This document shows, piece after piece, positions 20,600 to 30,094 of a stretch of 64,000 nucleotides of DNA. Source of the stretch: an uncultured delta proteobacterium (GTDB taxonomy: Bacteria > Desulfobacterota > Binatia > UBA9968). The translations under genes were made by a program, and so were the position numbers. Location: contig CAVUZH010000018.1 in NCBI GenBank assembly GCA_963745835.1, positions 288,001 to 352,000 on the forward strand, written 5' to 3'. Each line of letters starts with the position of its first letter. The stretch's first letter is position 1. The notes under the pieces are model-generated. The model did no database searches, was not told the DNA's origin, and was given only the letters and a program-made list of their open reading frames with translations.

Positions 20600-21343
20600 A
20601 TGGTCGAGCGCGAGGTCATTGTCTGCCGCGACATCGTCGAACTCAGCCGTCAAAGCGCCGAACGTTTCAGCCAGCTCGCACTTCAATCCGTAGAAGCGGC
20701 AGGACGCATGACGGTGGCGCTTTCCGGCGGCTCGACTCCCAAGCATCTTTATTTACTGCTCGCCTCGCCCGATTATCAGAATCGAATCCCATGGGGAAAC
20801 GTTCACGTATTCTGGGGCGATGAACGTTGCGTTCCACCGGATCATCCCGAGAGCAATTTTCGCATGGCCCAAGAGGCGCTATTGTCGCAAATGGAAATTC
20901 CAGCGGAGAATATTCATCGGATGCGCGGAGAGGGACAACCGCAAATGGCGGCAGCTGAGTATGAGGAAGAACTACAGACATTCTTTAGCCTAAATTCCGG
21001 CGCGCTGCCGCGTTTCGATTTGATCCTTCTCGGAATTGGCGAAGATGGTCACACGGCATCGCTCTTTCCCGGTAGCGAGGCGCTCAATGAAACCAAGCAT
21101 CTGGTTGTCGCTCCGTTTGTCGCAAAGCTTAACTCCCACCGCTTGAGCCTGAGCTTAGCGGTGTTAAATAACGCCGCCGAGGTTTGGTTCTTGGTGACAG
21201 GTGGCAGCAAAGCTGACGCTGTTAAGAAAGTCTTCAGCGGTTCTTCGGATCTTCCTGCGGCAAGAGTTCATCCGGTCAACGGAAATCTTATCTGGTACAT
21301 CACTCAAGATGCGGCACCGGGGACCACAGCGCCCGGCAAGTAG
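20600..21343 (+). CDS. pgl: 6-phosphogluconolactonase
   Basis: ALSGGSTP, FWGDERCVP, ESNF, LLGIGEDGHTASLFP. Confidence 0.96.
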   Translation: MVEREVIVCRDIVELSRQSAERFSQLALQSVEAAGRMTVALSGGSTPKHLYLLLASPDYQNRIPWGNVHVFWGDERCVPPDHPESNFRMAQEALLSQMEIPAENIHRMRGEGQPQMAAAEYEEELQTFFSLNSGALPRFDLILLGIGEDGHTASLFPGSEALNETKHLVVAPFVAKLNSHRLSLSLAVLNNAAEVWFLVTGGSKADAVKKVFSGSSDLPAARVHPVNGNLIWYITQDAAPGTTAPGK

Positions 21344-21486
21344 CAAAGTCCAGATCCCGCTTCTAAACCATACTCACGAGTCTCTCGTAGCTTTATTAAA
21401 ATTACGGTGGTATTGCAGCCGAACGCATGTTATCGGTCGGCCTCATGGACTGAGACAAACATCACAAGTCATGCGGGGGGAATTTT

Positions 21487-22485
21487 ATGAGTGGAAAGCT
21501 GTTGGTCGTCCTGACTTTTATCCTTTGCGCAGCAAGTCGGCCTCAAGCACAAACACTTGATGAAGTATACAAGAGGGCTTTGACAGAAGGTGGCACGCTC
21601 AATTTCTATGCGACCTTGGCGCAGGTGAACGCCGCTAGCATTCTTCCCGGCTTCGAGAAGCGTTTTCCAGGCATCAAGGTCAATCACGTTGATGCGACGT
21701 CGGATCAGCTCGCCGCTCGGATCATTGCTGAATCGCGCGGCGGCAAGGTTGTTGCGGACGTTTTTCAGACGCTTCTGGACGGCATGATTCGGGTCCAAAG
21801 CCAGGGCCTGTTCCTCGACAAACTGTATCCTGAGGCCGCTGAATATCCAGCGGAGCTCAAGGGTACAACCTGGGTGGCCACCGATCTGATTTACATTGTG
21901 GCGGCGTGGAATACGACCAAGATCAAGAAGCAGGACGAGCCGAAACAGTTTGACGATTTTGCCGATCCGCGTTGGAAGAATCAACTCATCGCCGAGCCTC
22001 GAGATTTCCAGTTATTGCTCGGTTTGGCGAAGCACAAATACAAAAGCGACGAGAAGGCGGTTGCCTTGCTCAAACGAATCGCCGATAACAACGTCCAGTT
22101 CCACAAAGGCCATTCGCAACTCGCCGAGTTGCTCGTCGCGGGACAAGCCGCGGCCTGCGTTACCTGTTACTCGCATCATTACCCAAGCCGGAAAAAAAAG
22201 GGCGCGCCGGTGGATTACCTGTTGACTGAAGGAACCGGCGACATCGACGCCACCGCGATCATGAAGAATGCCCCGCATCCGAATACGGCTTTGCTTTTTG
22301 CGCGTTGGACCGCCAGCGAAGAGGGTCAAAAGATTTACGCCCAAGGCGGCCGCCTTCCGGCTCATCCAAAAGTCGAACCGGTAGAAAAAACCCGCCCCAC
22401 AAAGGTCTACCCGTTAGGCGAGCAAGATGTCAAAGACTACCCCAAATACGAAAAGATGTGGAAGGAAATTTTTGGGCTGCGGTAA
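21487..22485 (+). CDS. Orphan ABC transporter substrate-binding protein (AfuA/FbpA-like cluster)
   Basis: Signal peptide, EGGTLNFY, FEKRFPGIKV, DPRWK, KNAPHPN.A.LF..W..SEEGQ. Confidence 0.85.
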   Translation: MSGKLLVVLTFILCAASRPQAQTLDEVYKRALTEGGTLNFYATLAQVNAASILPGFEKRFPGIKVNHVDATSDQLAARIIAESRGGKVVADVFQTLLDGMIRVQSQGLFLDKLYPEAAEYPAELKGTTWVATDLIYIVAAWNTTKIKKQDEPKQFDDFADPRWKNQLIAEPRDFQLLLGLAKHKYKSDEKAVALLKRIADNNVQFHKGHSQLAELLVAGQAAACVTCYSHHYPSRKKKGAPVDYLLTEGTGDIDATAIMKNAPHPNTALLFARWTASEEGQKIYAQGGRLPAHPKVEPVEKTRPTKVYPLGEQDVKDYPKYEKMWKEIFGLR

Positions 22486-22514
22486 CTGACGACGGCAAAG
22501 ACGGCTTTATTGCT

Positions 22515-22825
22515 ATGGACCTGAACATCGGCTACGAGTTCGGTGACGCCGGCCAAGCTCAAGCGAATGACTGCCAGACGAGAAATCGCTCAAGGCCGGG
22601 CACCCGCCGAAATGCATATTGAACCGACAAGAAGGCGGTCGAATTATCGTCGAGAGCGAGGCAACGCTCAGCGGCATCCCGACTGGAGCTTGGGATTTAC
22701 CGACTTGGCAATCGCGCAGCGCTCGAATGGATTCTCGACCAGTACAAAGAAAAAGATATCGAACTGCTCATGAGCGTAACAACCGTGAGCCTCAGGACGG
22801 TTGCTCTCGTTGACTTGTTGAAAGT
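22515..22825 (+). pseudogene. Degraded C-terminal specificity domain of a type ISP restriction-modification enzyme
   Basis: Frameshifted pieces MDLNIGYE / VTPAKLKR / GRIIVESEATLSGIPTGAWD / YRLGNRAALEWILDQYKEK-DIELLMSVTTVSLRTV match my recollection of Type_ISP_C sequences. Confidence 0.75.
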
Positions 22826-23304
22826 GCGATGCGTTAGAGGCAAGGCGAATCGATCAAATCTAATTATTGAACTCATGCAACCTACTTCCCCAGGAGTTTT
22901 GGTCCTTGAATCTGGAAGCTTTATTAAATGGCGTCAAGAGAATGATCTTCCTTTTTTGTTGGAATTTTTCAAAAATGAGCTTCCAAACTCTGCAACTGGA
23001 TGAGAGACCAAGCTGTGACGGACGAAGCGTTTGTACAGGCACCGCACAGGCGAGTGGTTCCTTGGCAAGAACGTGCGGCAGTTTATCAGTTACTTCGAGA
23101 ATGAAGAGCCGAGATTTATTATCTCGGATCAGTTCGATCCGCATTCTTCTTCCATTGCAAGCCAACAGAACATAAGGACACTCTTATTCAAACCCTACTT
23201 GGCTTGGGGTGCGAGTGTCTTATCACTTTTATAAATCCTTGCTTGTGGCGGTGCTGTTGCTCTATTAGCAGAGCGGCTCGCAATTAAACCGATCGGAGAT
23301 CTGG

Positions 23305-24015
23305 ATGAAGCTCACCGGACTGATATCGCCCAATTTCAGCGAGGATACTCTAGAAGATGTTTACAAAGTCTTCCCGCCCGGGATACGTATCGAAGGGAGG
23401 ACATTAAAAGTCGAAAAATACACCGATGACGAGTTTCGCCGAGCCGAGCTGATGCTCGCCGATCTGGTGCGCGATTTGGCGCGCCATCCGCTCGACTTTC
23501 TCATGATCACGGGAGAATTGTTTTTATCCTACAAAGGGCCGGGATCGGATCTGGACATTCTCGAACTGGTCAAGACCATCACTGCGGTTCCCGCCTCCAC
23601 GGTGCTGACCGCGGTGGTACGCGGCTGCCACGCGCTTGAACTCAAGCGCATCGTCATGGCTTCGCCGTTTCCCGAAGATCAGGATGAGCGCCTGGTAAAA
23701 TTTCTTGCCCACTACGACATCGAGGTCGTCGCGTTTCGCGGCCTCGGCTGCCCCAATGCAGACGTGATCTGGGAGTTGCCGCCGGCGAGCGGATACGAGT
23801 TGGCGGCCTCGCTGTTGAGCGAATATCCGGACGTGGACGGCATCTATATGCCGTGCAACAAGTGGCGCATTGTCTCGGTCATCGAGCGCATCGAAAACGA
23901 TCATGGCAAGCCGGTGGTGAGCAACACCCAGGCGTGGGTTTGGGAGGCGCTGCGGCTGATGAATATGGCGAGGCCCATACCCGGTTACGGGCGACTCCTG
24001 AGCGAATTGGAGTGA
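23305..24015 (+). CDS. Maleate isomerase / arylmalonate decarboxylase (Asp/Glu racemase superfamily) protein
   Basis: Family architecture: TAVV.G..AL..KRIVMASPF, DGIYMPCNKW, IE...GKPVVSNTQA..WEALR, PGYGRLL. Confidence 0.85.
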   Translation: MKLTGLISPNFSEDTLEDVYKVFPPGIRIEGRTLKVEKYTDDEFRRAELMLADLVRDLARHPLDFLMITGELFLSYKGPGSDLDILELVKTITAVPASTVLTAVVRGCHALELKRIVMASPFPEDQDERLVKFLAHYDIEVVAFRGLGCPNADVIWELPPASGYELAASLLSEYPDVDGIYMPCNKWRIVSVIERIENDHGKPVVSNTQAWVWEALRLMNMARPIPGYGRLLSELE

Positions 24016-24167
24016 TCGAGCCGGGCGGCAAAAGACTGCCAGAGCCAGGAGAACCGTTGCCACTCGCCAGGCTGGTTCCGCCCGGAGATCGATTCGAACC
24101 TCGGGTGGCATAGGTTCGTGCCTGATTACTGACGAATTCTTCTGTCCGATTCGATCGCCGTTTACCA

Positions 24168-24204
24168 TTGACAATCCTGGACAGACTGGACTAAGCTTAG
24201 TCCA
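24168..24204 (+). promoter_or_regulatory. Sigma70-type promoter with palindromic operator for vapBC
   Basis: TTGACA (24168), 18 bp spacer, TAAGCT; perfect palindrome TGGACTAAGCTTAGTCCA (24187..24204) covers the -10 element. Confidence 0.7.
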
Positions 24205-24206
24205 TC

Positions 24207-24446
24207 ATGACAAAAGTTAATATTCATCAGGCCAAGACACAGTTTTCCCGGCTCGTCGATCTGGCTGCGAGCGGAGAGGAAATCATCATTGCCAAGTCGG
24301 GACAACCGGTTGCCCGGTTGGTTCCCTACAGGGCCAAAGGCGCCGCGCGCAAGCCGGGAACCATGCGAGGTAAAATTCGCATCAAAAAAACATTTGACGA
24401 GCCGCTGCCGAAAGAGCTGCTGGCTTCGTTCGCAGGGAAGTTGTAA
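24207..24446 (+). CDS. Phd/YefM family antitoxin
   Basis: VNIHQAKTQFSRLV..A..GEEIIIAK.G.PVARLVP...RKPG. Confidence 0.93.
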   Translation: MTKVNIHQAKTQFSRLVDLAASGEEIIIAKSGQPVARLVPYRAKGAARKPGTMRGKIRIKKTFDEPLPKELLASFAGKL

Positions 24447-24449
24447 GGA

Positions 24450-24845
24450 GTGCGGCTGCTCCTCGATACCCACGTCCTTCTTTGGTGGCTTTCGGATGAC
24501 CGTAAACTAGCGAAGAACGCGCGCGATATCATTGCCAACCCCGACAATGACGTGCTCGTGAGTTCGGCATCGGCTTGGGAAGTATCGATCAAGGCAGCAT
24601 TAGGGCGTCTCGAGATTGAGTTGGATAACCTGGAAAATGCGATCGTAAGAAACGGCTTTCGGCCGCTGCCGATCGGGATACAACACGCTTTGACGGCCGG
24701 TCGTCTGCCGAACCTACATCGAGATCCGTTCGATCGCATGCTCGTGGCCCAAGCCAGTGTCGAGGAACTGCGACTCGTGTCTCACGACCGAGTGTTCGAG
24801 CGTTACGGCCTCGCCGCAGAAGGATTGCCGCCGATCATCGTTTGA
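24450..24845 (+). CDS. vapC: PIN-domain VapC toxin
   Basis: LLLDTHVLLWW, VSSASAWEVSIK, HRDPFDRMLVAQA, LVSHD. Confidence 0.93.
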   Translation: MRLLLDTHVLLWWLSDDRKLAKNARDIIANPDNDVLVSSASAWEVSIKAALGRLEIELDNLENAIVRNGFRPLPIGIQHALTAGRLPNLHRDPFDRMLVAQASVEELRLVSHDRVFERYGLAAEGLPPIIV

Positions 24846-24974
24846 GTGTGCAGCTGATCGTATAGGCACTTTCCGGCAAGCAGCGTTTTGCGGTGCCGAA
24901 CCTATCCTTAATAGCCCTCGCCTTTTCTCCCGCGGTGATGGCAGCCAATTTATTTCGGCGCTACATTGTATTCC

Positions 24975-25184
24975 ATGCCTGGCAAATGCCCACAGTGCGG
25001 CTCGAAGACTTATTTGGGCCGAACAATGATCCACAAAGATTCGATGGAAATCCAAAATATCCCGTGCACGATATGCCATGAATGTGGATATGAGCAGATC
25101 GGCCAGCAAGCTCAGAAAAAAATCGACAAGCTTCTCGAACGCGCCGCCAAAGGAAAACTGAAGTCCCGCTTCGTTGTAATATAG
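24975..25184 (+). CDS. YgiT/MqsA-type zinc-finger protein
   Basis: CPQC...IQNIPCTICHECG; no cognate toxin visible upstream. Confidence 0.7.
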   Translation: MPGKCPQCGSKTYLGRTMIHKDSMEIQNIPCTICHECGYEQIGQQAQKKIDKLLERAAKGKLKSRFVVI

Positions 25185-25202
25185 GGGGAAGTCGTAGAGA
25201 TC

Positions 25203-26573
25203 TTATTTCGGACACTTTAGTCCGGCAAAGTTGTCGCCAAAATCTTTACAGATCGCTGCAAGTGTCTCCTTGTCTTCTTTTATCAACATCTCAGCAGCAT
25301 TAAACAATGCCTCTTGTGCTTCAGCGGCGCCTAAGCCATGAGGCGCCAGCAAGGTGTAGCGCGTCGGAATATTATTAACAATCGCGGCAATTGTCCCTGC
25401 ATTCGGCAAGTGTGTTAAATGCTGCAGCCTTTGAAACGTGATCAGCCAGGCGTGACACTCAACGTCCTTTAGTTTTGGATGTTTCTTTATTTCTGGATCA
25501 TCTGCTTCAGCGAAGAGACGGAACGTTTGATATACATCAGGCGCTTTGTTTCCAGCGGGTCTGATTCCCATCTCCTCCAAGAGGATATCCCTTCGTAACG
25601 CGAGCAGCACACTGCTTGCCTCCAAAGCATTGGTATCGATGACAAAGTCGGTGATAGCTTTTCGTGTATCGGAGACTTCACGGGATAAATTCCACCCTTC
25701 CGTATAAGCATCGACTATCAGGACCAGACATTTCTTAGGGTGTTCGGTTTCAGGTTCTAGATACAGATCTCGGGCGATTTTGCGGAGGCTGTTGATGCCC
25801 AAGTTATCTGAAGGGCCGCCGTCGAATAGATGGACGTATTGCTTTGGTTGCGTATAGTCACGAAGCGTAACATTGTGAAAGGCTCCCGGAAATGCGCCGG
25901 ATGCCATCACAGCTCTCGAGACTGCGTAATTATCGAGCCCGGATCCAATCTTGTTGAAAGCCTCGTCGGTGAAAAGAAATAACGCTCCATTCTCGGTTAA
26001 CGAAGTGGCGTTTATAAGGATTTTCGGGGTGGCCTTGGGCATCTGCCCGAATGTCTTGTCTTCGAATAGATTATGGTCGAAAACGTCAGCCATGATGTCG
26101 CTGCGGTCAAACCCGGTAAACCAGTAACGTCCTATGTTCCATGGTAGAAACCATCTCCCAAACCACTCGAGCTCGAAATTCTTCACCAATCGTTTACGAA
26201 CTTGTTGTGGATTCCAATGATGAATCTTTTCTTCGCTGAAGAGGCCGTAGTAGGCCGCGGTCAACGAACTGCCTGAGACGGACGAAAGAGCAGTCGCTTG
26301 CTGCAGTATTCCTAAACTCTCGAGTTGGAGCAGTGCAGCGGCAGAAAAATTTGCAGCGCGACTTCCGCCGCCGGACATAGCAATTCCTATAAAGGTGCCA
26401 TTCTTCAAATCTGACGACGAAATTTTGGTTGTGGCTCTTGTCGGACTAGGAGAGGTTAGCACAGGGCCTTCGTTTGCGTGTGTTCCATATTCGACAATGG
26501 CACACCCGGAAACAGATGCGAGATGGAAAGCCGCCAGCAGCATTATTAGTCCCGTATGTATCGTTTGGACCAT
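25203..26573 (-). CDS. Patatin-like phospholipase, probable lipoprotein
   Basis: GIAMSGGGSRAA oxyanion loop, SSVSGSS nucleophile elbow, LFDGG; lipobox-like VSGC. Confidence 0.88.
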   Translation of the reverse strand: MVQTIHTGLIMLLAAFHLASVSGCAIVEYGTHANEGPVLTSPSPTRATTKISSSDLKNGTFIGIAMSGGGSRAANFSAAALLQLESLGILQQATALSSVSGSSLTAAYYGLFSEEKIHHWNPQQVRKRLVKNFELEWFGRWFLPWNIGRYWFTGFDRSDIMADVFDHNLFEDKTFGQMPKATPKILINATSLTENGALFLFTDEAFNKIGSGLDNYAVSRAVMASGAFPGAFHNVTLRDYTQPKQYVHLFDGGPSDNLGINSLRKIARDLYLEPETEHPKKCLVLIVDAYTEGWNLSREVSDTRKAITDFVIDTNALEASSVLLALRRDILLEEMGIRPAGNKAPDVYQTFRLFAEADDPEIKKHPKLKDVECHAWLITFQRLQHLTHLPNAGTIAAIVNNIPTRYTLLAPHGLGAAEAQEALFNAAEMLIKEDKETLAAICKDFGDNFAGLKCPK

Positions 26574-26881
26574 AACCGTCCTCCGTTCTGGAATACATTA
26601 CTCGGAGCTTGAGCGGCATCTTGCAGACGCCGCGTTATAGTGACATTCAGGTAAAGCCTTTGGGTCTTTTGGAGATATTGAATGCTAGATTTGAATTTCG
26701 TATTTACGCCACGAGCTGTCCGTGCGGCATGAGCTGTTCAGAGACCTGATATAAAGCAGACTGCAGATAGCGGTCAAGAAAAAAATCGAGCGCGAGCAGA
26801 TGCAACAAGACAACGGCGAGAGTTTCACGCTAAAACTTTATTCCTAAGCTCGTTTACTTGCGCGCCGCGAGGCTCTCAGAA

Positions 26882-27973
26882 TCACTGTGGGCATGAAGCT
26901 TTCGAGTAGCTGTCAGGAAAAAAAATGCACTGACCTGTTTTTGGCTCATAGATCGAATATCCGTAGTTGTTCGAAGTATCAAAAAGCTTGAGCCGTTCTA
27001 TAAAGCGATCATAGTTCGCGAATGGTAAGAACCTCATGCCGTTATTGGGATCTTCTCCCGGTGTGTAAGGTGACCCGAAGTCATCATAATGACTGAGCAC
27101 GATATTCTCAGGTCTTAAAAGCCGGAGAAGAGTGTCCGGATAATCATCTACTTTGTCCCATCCCGGAACGCATAAGATTGCAACGTTGATTCGATGCTCA
27201 TTGAGGAGACTTTGATGATTGCGCAGTGCTTCAGCTCCTGCGGCGCTATTTGCAGCACCGTTGATAAAAATCCGCCAAACCACTCTCTTCTGATCATCCA
27301 AGAAGTCAATCAAGAAAACCAAGGTTTGTCCTTCCAAATATTGGCCCACCCGGGAAGGGATCGATGTCATGGGGCTAACTACATCACCAGCCATGAACGT
27401 ATGGCCGAAAAAATGTGGGGCGTGGTCGCTGGGTAACGCAGTCACTCTAACTCTGCCCTTTATCATCGAACGCCTTTGTTCGGCTATGACGAAATCCAGA
27501 GCGGAAGGTTTGAAGCCCAGCAGAATGTTTCGCGCAGTTAGACTGCCGACATAGGTGATACTTCTCCCGGAGTTCTGGTTGATGTAATACGGAACATCGA
27601 GCAAATGGTCGTAGTGCGCGTGGGTCAAAAGAACAAACTTGGTGTCTTTGGGTAGCTCCGGAAGCACAGCCCTTATTCTTTCCGGATCATAGGCGAAGTT
27701 ACTCGGGAGAAACGGCAACATCAGAGAAGCAGTCACACGTCCGAAGGAAGGACGCGTAAAGAAAGGGTCCACGATCACCAGATCATTGCCACTGGAGAGA
27801 ATCCAGGAAGATGTTCCGAGCCACTGAATATAGCGGTCCGTTCTTGTCGGTGACGGCTCAGCAGCCAAAACCGGCGAAGGAAGAGGCGAAACCGTAGCGG
27901 CGCAAGCGCTCAGGATCATCGCGTACGCCATTAGCCAAAAAGACAGGCGCTTCAATTTATTTCGGTTGCGCAT
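26882..27973 (-). CDS. MBL-fold metallo-hydrolase, probable lipoprotein
   Basis: IQWLGT, VDPFFTRP, THAHYDHLLD (HxHxDH), SDH, SHYDD; lipobox LSAC. Confidence 0.85.
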   Translation of the reverse strand: MRNRNKLKRLSFWLMAYAMILSACAATVSPLPSPVLAAEPSPTRTDRYIQWLGTSSWILSSGNDLVIVDPFFTRPSFGRVTASLMLPFLPSNFAYDPERIRAVLPELPKDTKFVLLTHAHYDHLLDVPYYINQNSGRSITYVGSLTARNILLGFKPSALDFVIAEQRRSMIKGRVRVTALPSDHAPHFFGHTFMAGDVVSPMTSIPSRVGQYLEGQTLVFLIDFLDDQKRVVWRIFINGAANSAAGAEALRNHQSLLNEHRINVAILCVPGWDKVDDYPDTLLRLLRPENIVLSHYDDFGSPYTPGEDPNNGMRFLPFANYDRFIERLKLFDTSNNYGYSIYEPKTGQCIFFPDSYSKASCPQ

Positions 27974-28047
27974 GCCGCGGGCGTAAGACTATTCAAAGTT
28001 GGAACGGTAAGCTGGGTAACTCATGAGCGTTGCCAGTGTCGAGCTGT

Positions 28048-28902
28048 CTAATTCGAGTGGCGGCCAATGAATCCTAGAACAGCGCCATTGAAGAAATTGG
28101 GTCGTTCCCAGTAGATCGAATGGCCGCATTCCGCCGCGATCACGACCTCGTTGTCCGGAACGTGCCGCGCTATCATCCGGGTGATTGCAGGCGGCGTGAA
28201 CATGTCGGCTGCGCCGGTCATCAGCAAGGTCGGCACTTTCAACGTCTGCAACTTCTCCGGCGTGACGACGTTGCAAAGCTTTTGGCGGGCGCCCCTACCG
28301 AGCTCGGACTGATGATTTAGCTCGATCCATTTGGCAACGCCTCCAGGATTTGTCGCGCGATATGAAGGCCCGAGTTCGCGAAACCAGCGCGGCAACGCAT
28401 CCCACTCTGGTAGCTTGATCCTAGCCGCGGCTTCGGCGATGTAACCGTTGGCGGCGGCCAGGTTGTTGCTCGAGACAGTGAGGCTCAGCAGCCGTTCCGG
28501 ATGAGACAAAGCATAATCCGCGGCAACACTGCCCCCGGCAGCCGAGCTCACCGCATGGAACTTTTTTAGGCCCAGGAATTCGATGAAGTTGTGCAGGTCT
28601 TCCGATCCTGTCCCCGGATTCTCGTCCGGCGCCGAATCGGAGTTATGATAGTTGCGGCGCGAATAAGCGATTACGCGATAGCCGGCGCTGGAGAATACCG
28701 GTTGCTGATACAACCAGATCAGCGCGCTGCCCGATGCCGGATGCAGGAACACGACCGGCTCTCCGGCGCCGCCGGTGTCCCAATAGCCCAGATGAGTGCC
28801 GGGAAGCTCTGCTATTCCGTCCTTTGCCGGAGCTTGTTCCGGTATCGGCACGGGAACCATCGGGTCGTCCAACTCAGTGGACGGAATGCTCTCGTTCATC
28901 AT
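28048..28902 (-). CDS. Alpha/beta hydrolase fold protein with a non-canonical nucleophile elbow
   Basis: PVVFLHP, YRVIAYSRR, HAVSSAAGG, PTLLMTGAAD, ECGHSIYWE.P. Confidence 0.85.
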   Translation of the reverse strand: MMNESIPSTELDDPMVPVPIPEQAPAKDGIAELPGTHLGYWDTGGAGEPVVFLHPASGSALIWLYQQPVFSSAGYRVIAYSRRNYHNSDSAPDENPGTGSEDLHNFIEFLGLKKFHAVSSAAGGSVAADYALSHPERLLSLTVSSNNLAAANGYIAEAAARIKLPEWDALPRWFRELGPSYRATNPGGVAKWIELNHQSELGRGARQKLCNVVTPEKLQTLKVPTLLMTGAADMFTPPAITRMIARHVPDNEVVIAAECGHSIYWERPNFFNGAVLGFIGRHSN

Positions 28903-29258
28903 GTTCGTTCTACGTATTCTATAACATTGGCTGGCATTCGAGATTCAAAATTTTTAATTTCAGCGGATTGCCGTCTTGTGACACTTTTTAAACCTTGTAG
29001 AGTATGTCATCCGGTGCCGCGACTTATCAATGAACCCTTTGAGTTCAGGTCCCCCTGTATAGACTCGTGTCTCGGCTCTAGTCACAGTATTCGACAGGCG
29101 GTCGAGTATTCGATGTCAGGGAGCGGCCGGAGCGATCGATCAGCAATCAATCGGTCATAAGTCCGAATAAAAAATAAAACTTGAGCTCAAGGGCTGCGGG
29201 CGCTAAGCTTCCCTGGCCTTATCTACTGAAGTGCTGTCTATCCGCAAAGGAGAAAGTT

Positions 29259-29795
29259 ATGAATCCTATGTTCATTGTCGCAATTCCCATAGTTTTAGTG
29301 GTCATTGGCATGGTGCTCAATAGCACCGGACTTTCATTCGATCAGCCGCCAAGCTCATCGGAGCAAGATCCTGCAAAGAGAAGCGCCGCGGAAGCAGATG
29401 CTTACCGCCGTTTCTTCGATCTACAGAGAAAGCAAGCTGTGAAAAGGCAGGCGAGGGTCGGCCAGTATGCCTGGCTGCTCATGGCCGCGATCATCGGTTC
29501 CTTCATCTGGCTGTACATGTATACGGTCAATAAAACCAGCTTAGCCACACAGATCGGCGCGGTTCAAACCCTACCGACCGAAGACGGCAAAGAGGCGGTT
29601 CTTTCCATTACGTTGAAGGACGGGAGCAACGTCAAATATCTGATCAAAGCACCGACAGCCGAAATGTTGGCCAGCAAGAAAGACGGAACTTCGAAAGAGA
29701 AAGTCTCATCCTACGAAATGTCGCAACTGCGCTCCGCTTTTAACGTTGGCGAAAGCCCATTATTACCCGGCATCGCAGTGAAGGTTGCCGACTGA
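29259..29795 (+). CDS. Hypothetical 2-TM membrane protein
   Basis: AAGGAG RBS before ATG 29259; two hydrophobic segments. Confidence 0.7.
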   Translation: MNPMFIVAIPIVLVVIGMVLNSTGLSFDQPPSSSEQDPAKRSAAEADAYRRFFDLQRKQAVKRQARVGQYAWLLMAAIIGSFIWLYMYTVNKTSLATQIGAVQTLPTEDGKEAVLSITLKDGSNVKYLIKAPTAEMLASKKDGTSKEKVSSYEMSQLRSAFNVGESPLLPGIAVKVAD

Positions 29796-30094
29796 TAAGC
29801 AGCAAGGCCAATCAGAGAAGGCCCGCTGTACGCTGAGCGACACCAACGACAACTCGCAGCGGCGCGATGCAGAGACTCGCGGTGTTGCGGCATCACTTCT
29901 CGTCGAACTCACGTACGGTGTCCTCATCGCCAGGCGGAACAAATGGGCTCGTTCTGACTATCACTTCATTCTAGTATAGGCTTGCGGAGACTCTGTTGAC
30001 TTTTCCTGCCTCAACAATGGTTATGGCTTGAACGCGGTATAAAATCGTTGCAGATAATATTTCCGGCAGTCCTTTCAAGATTCCGGAGGAAACC

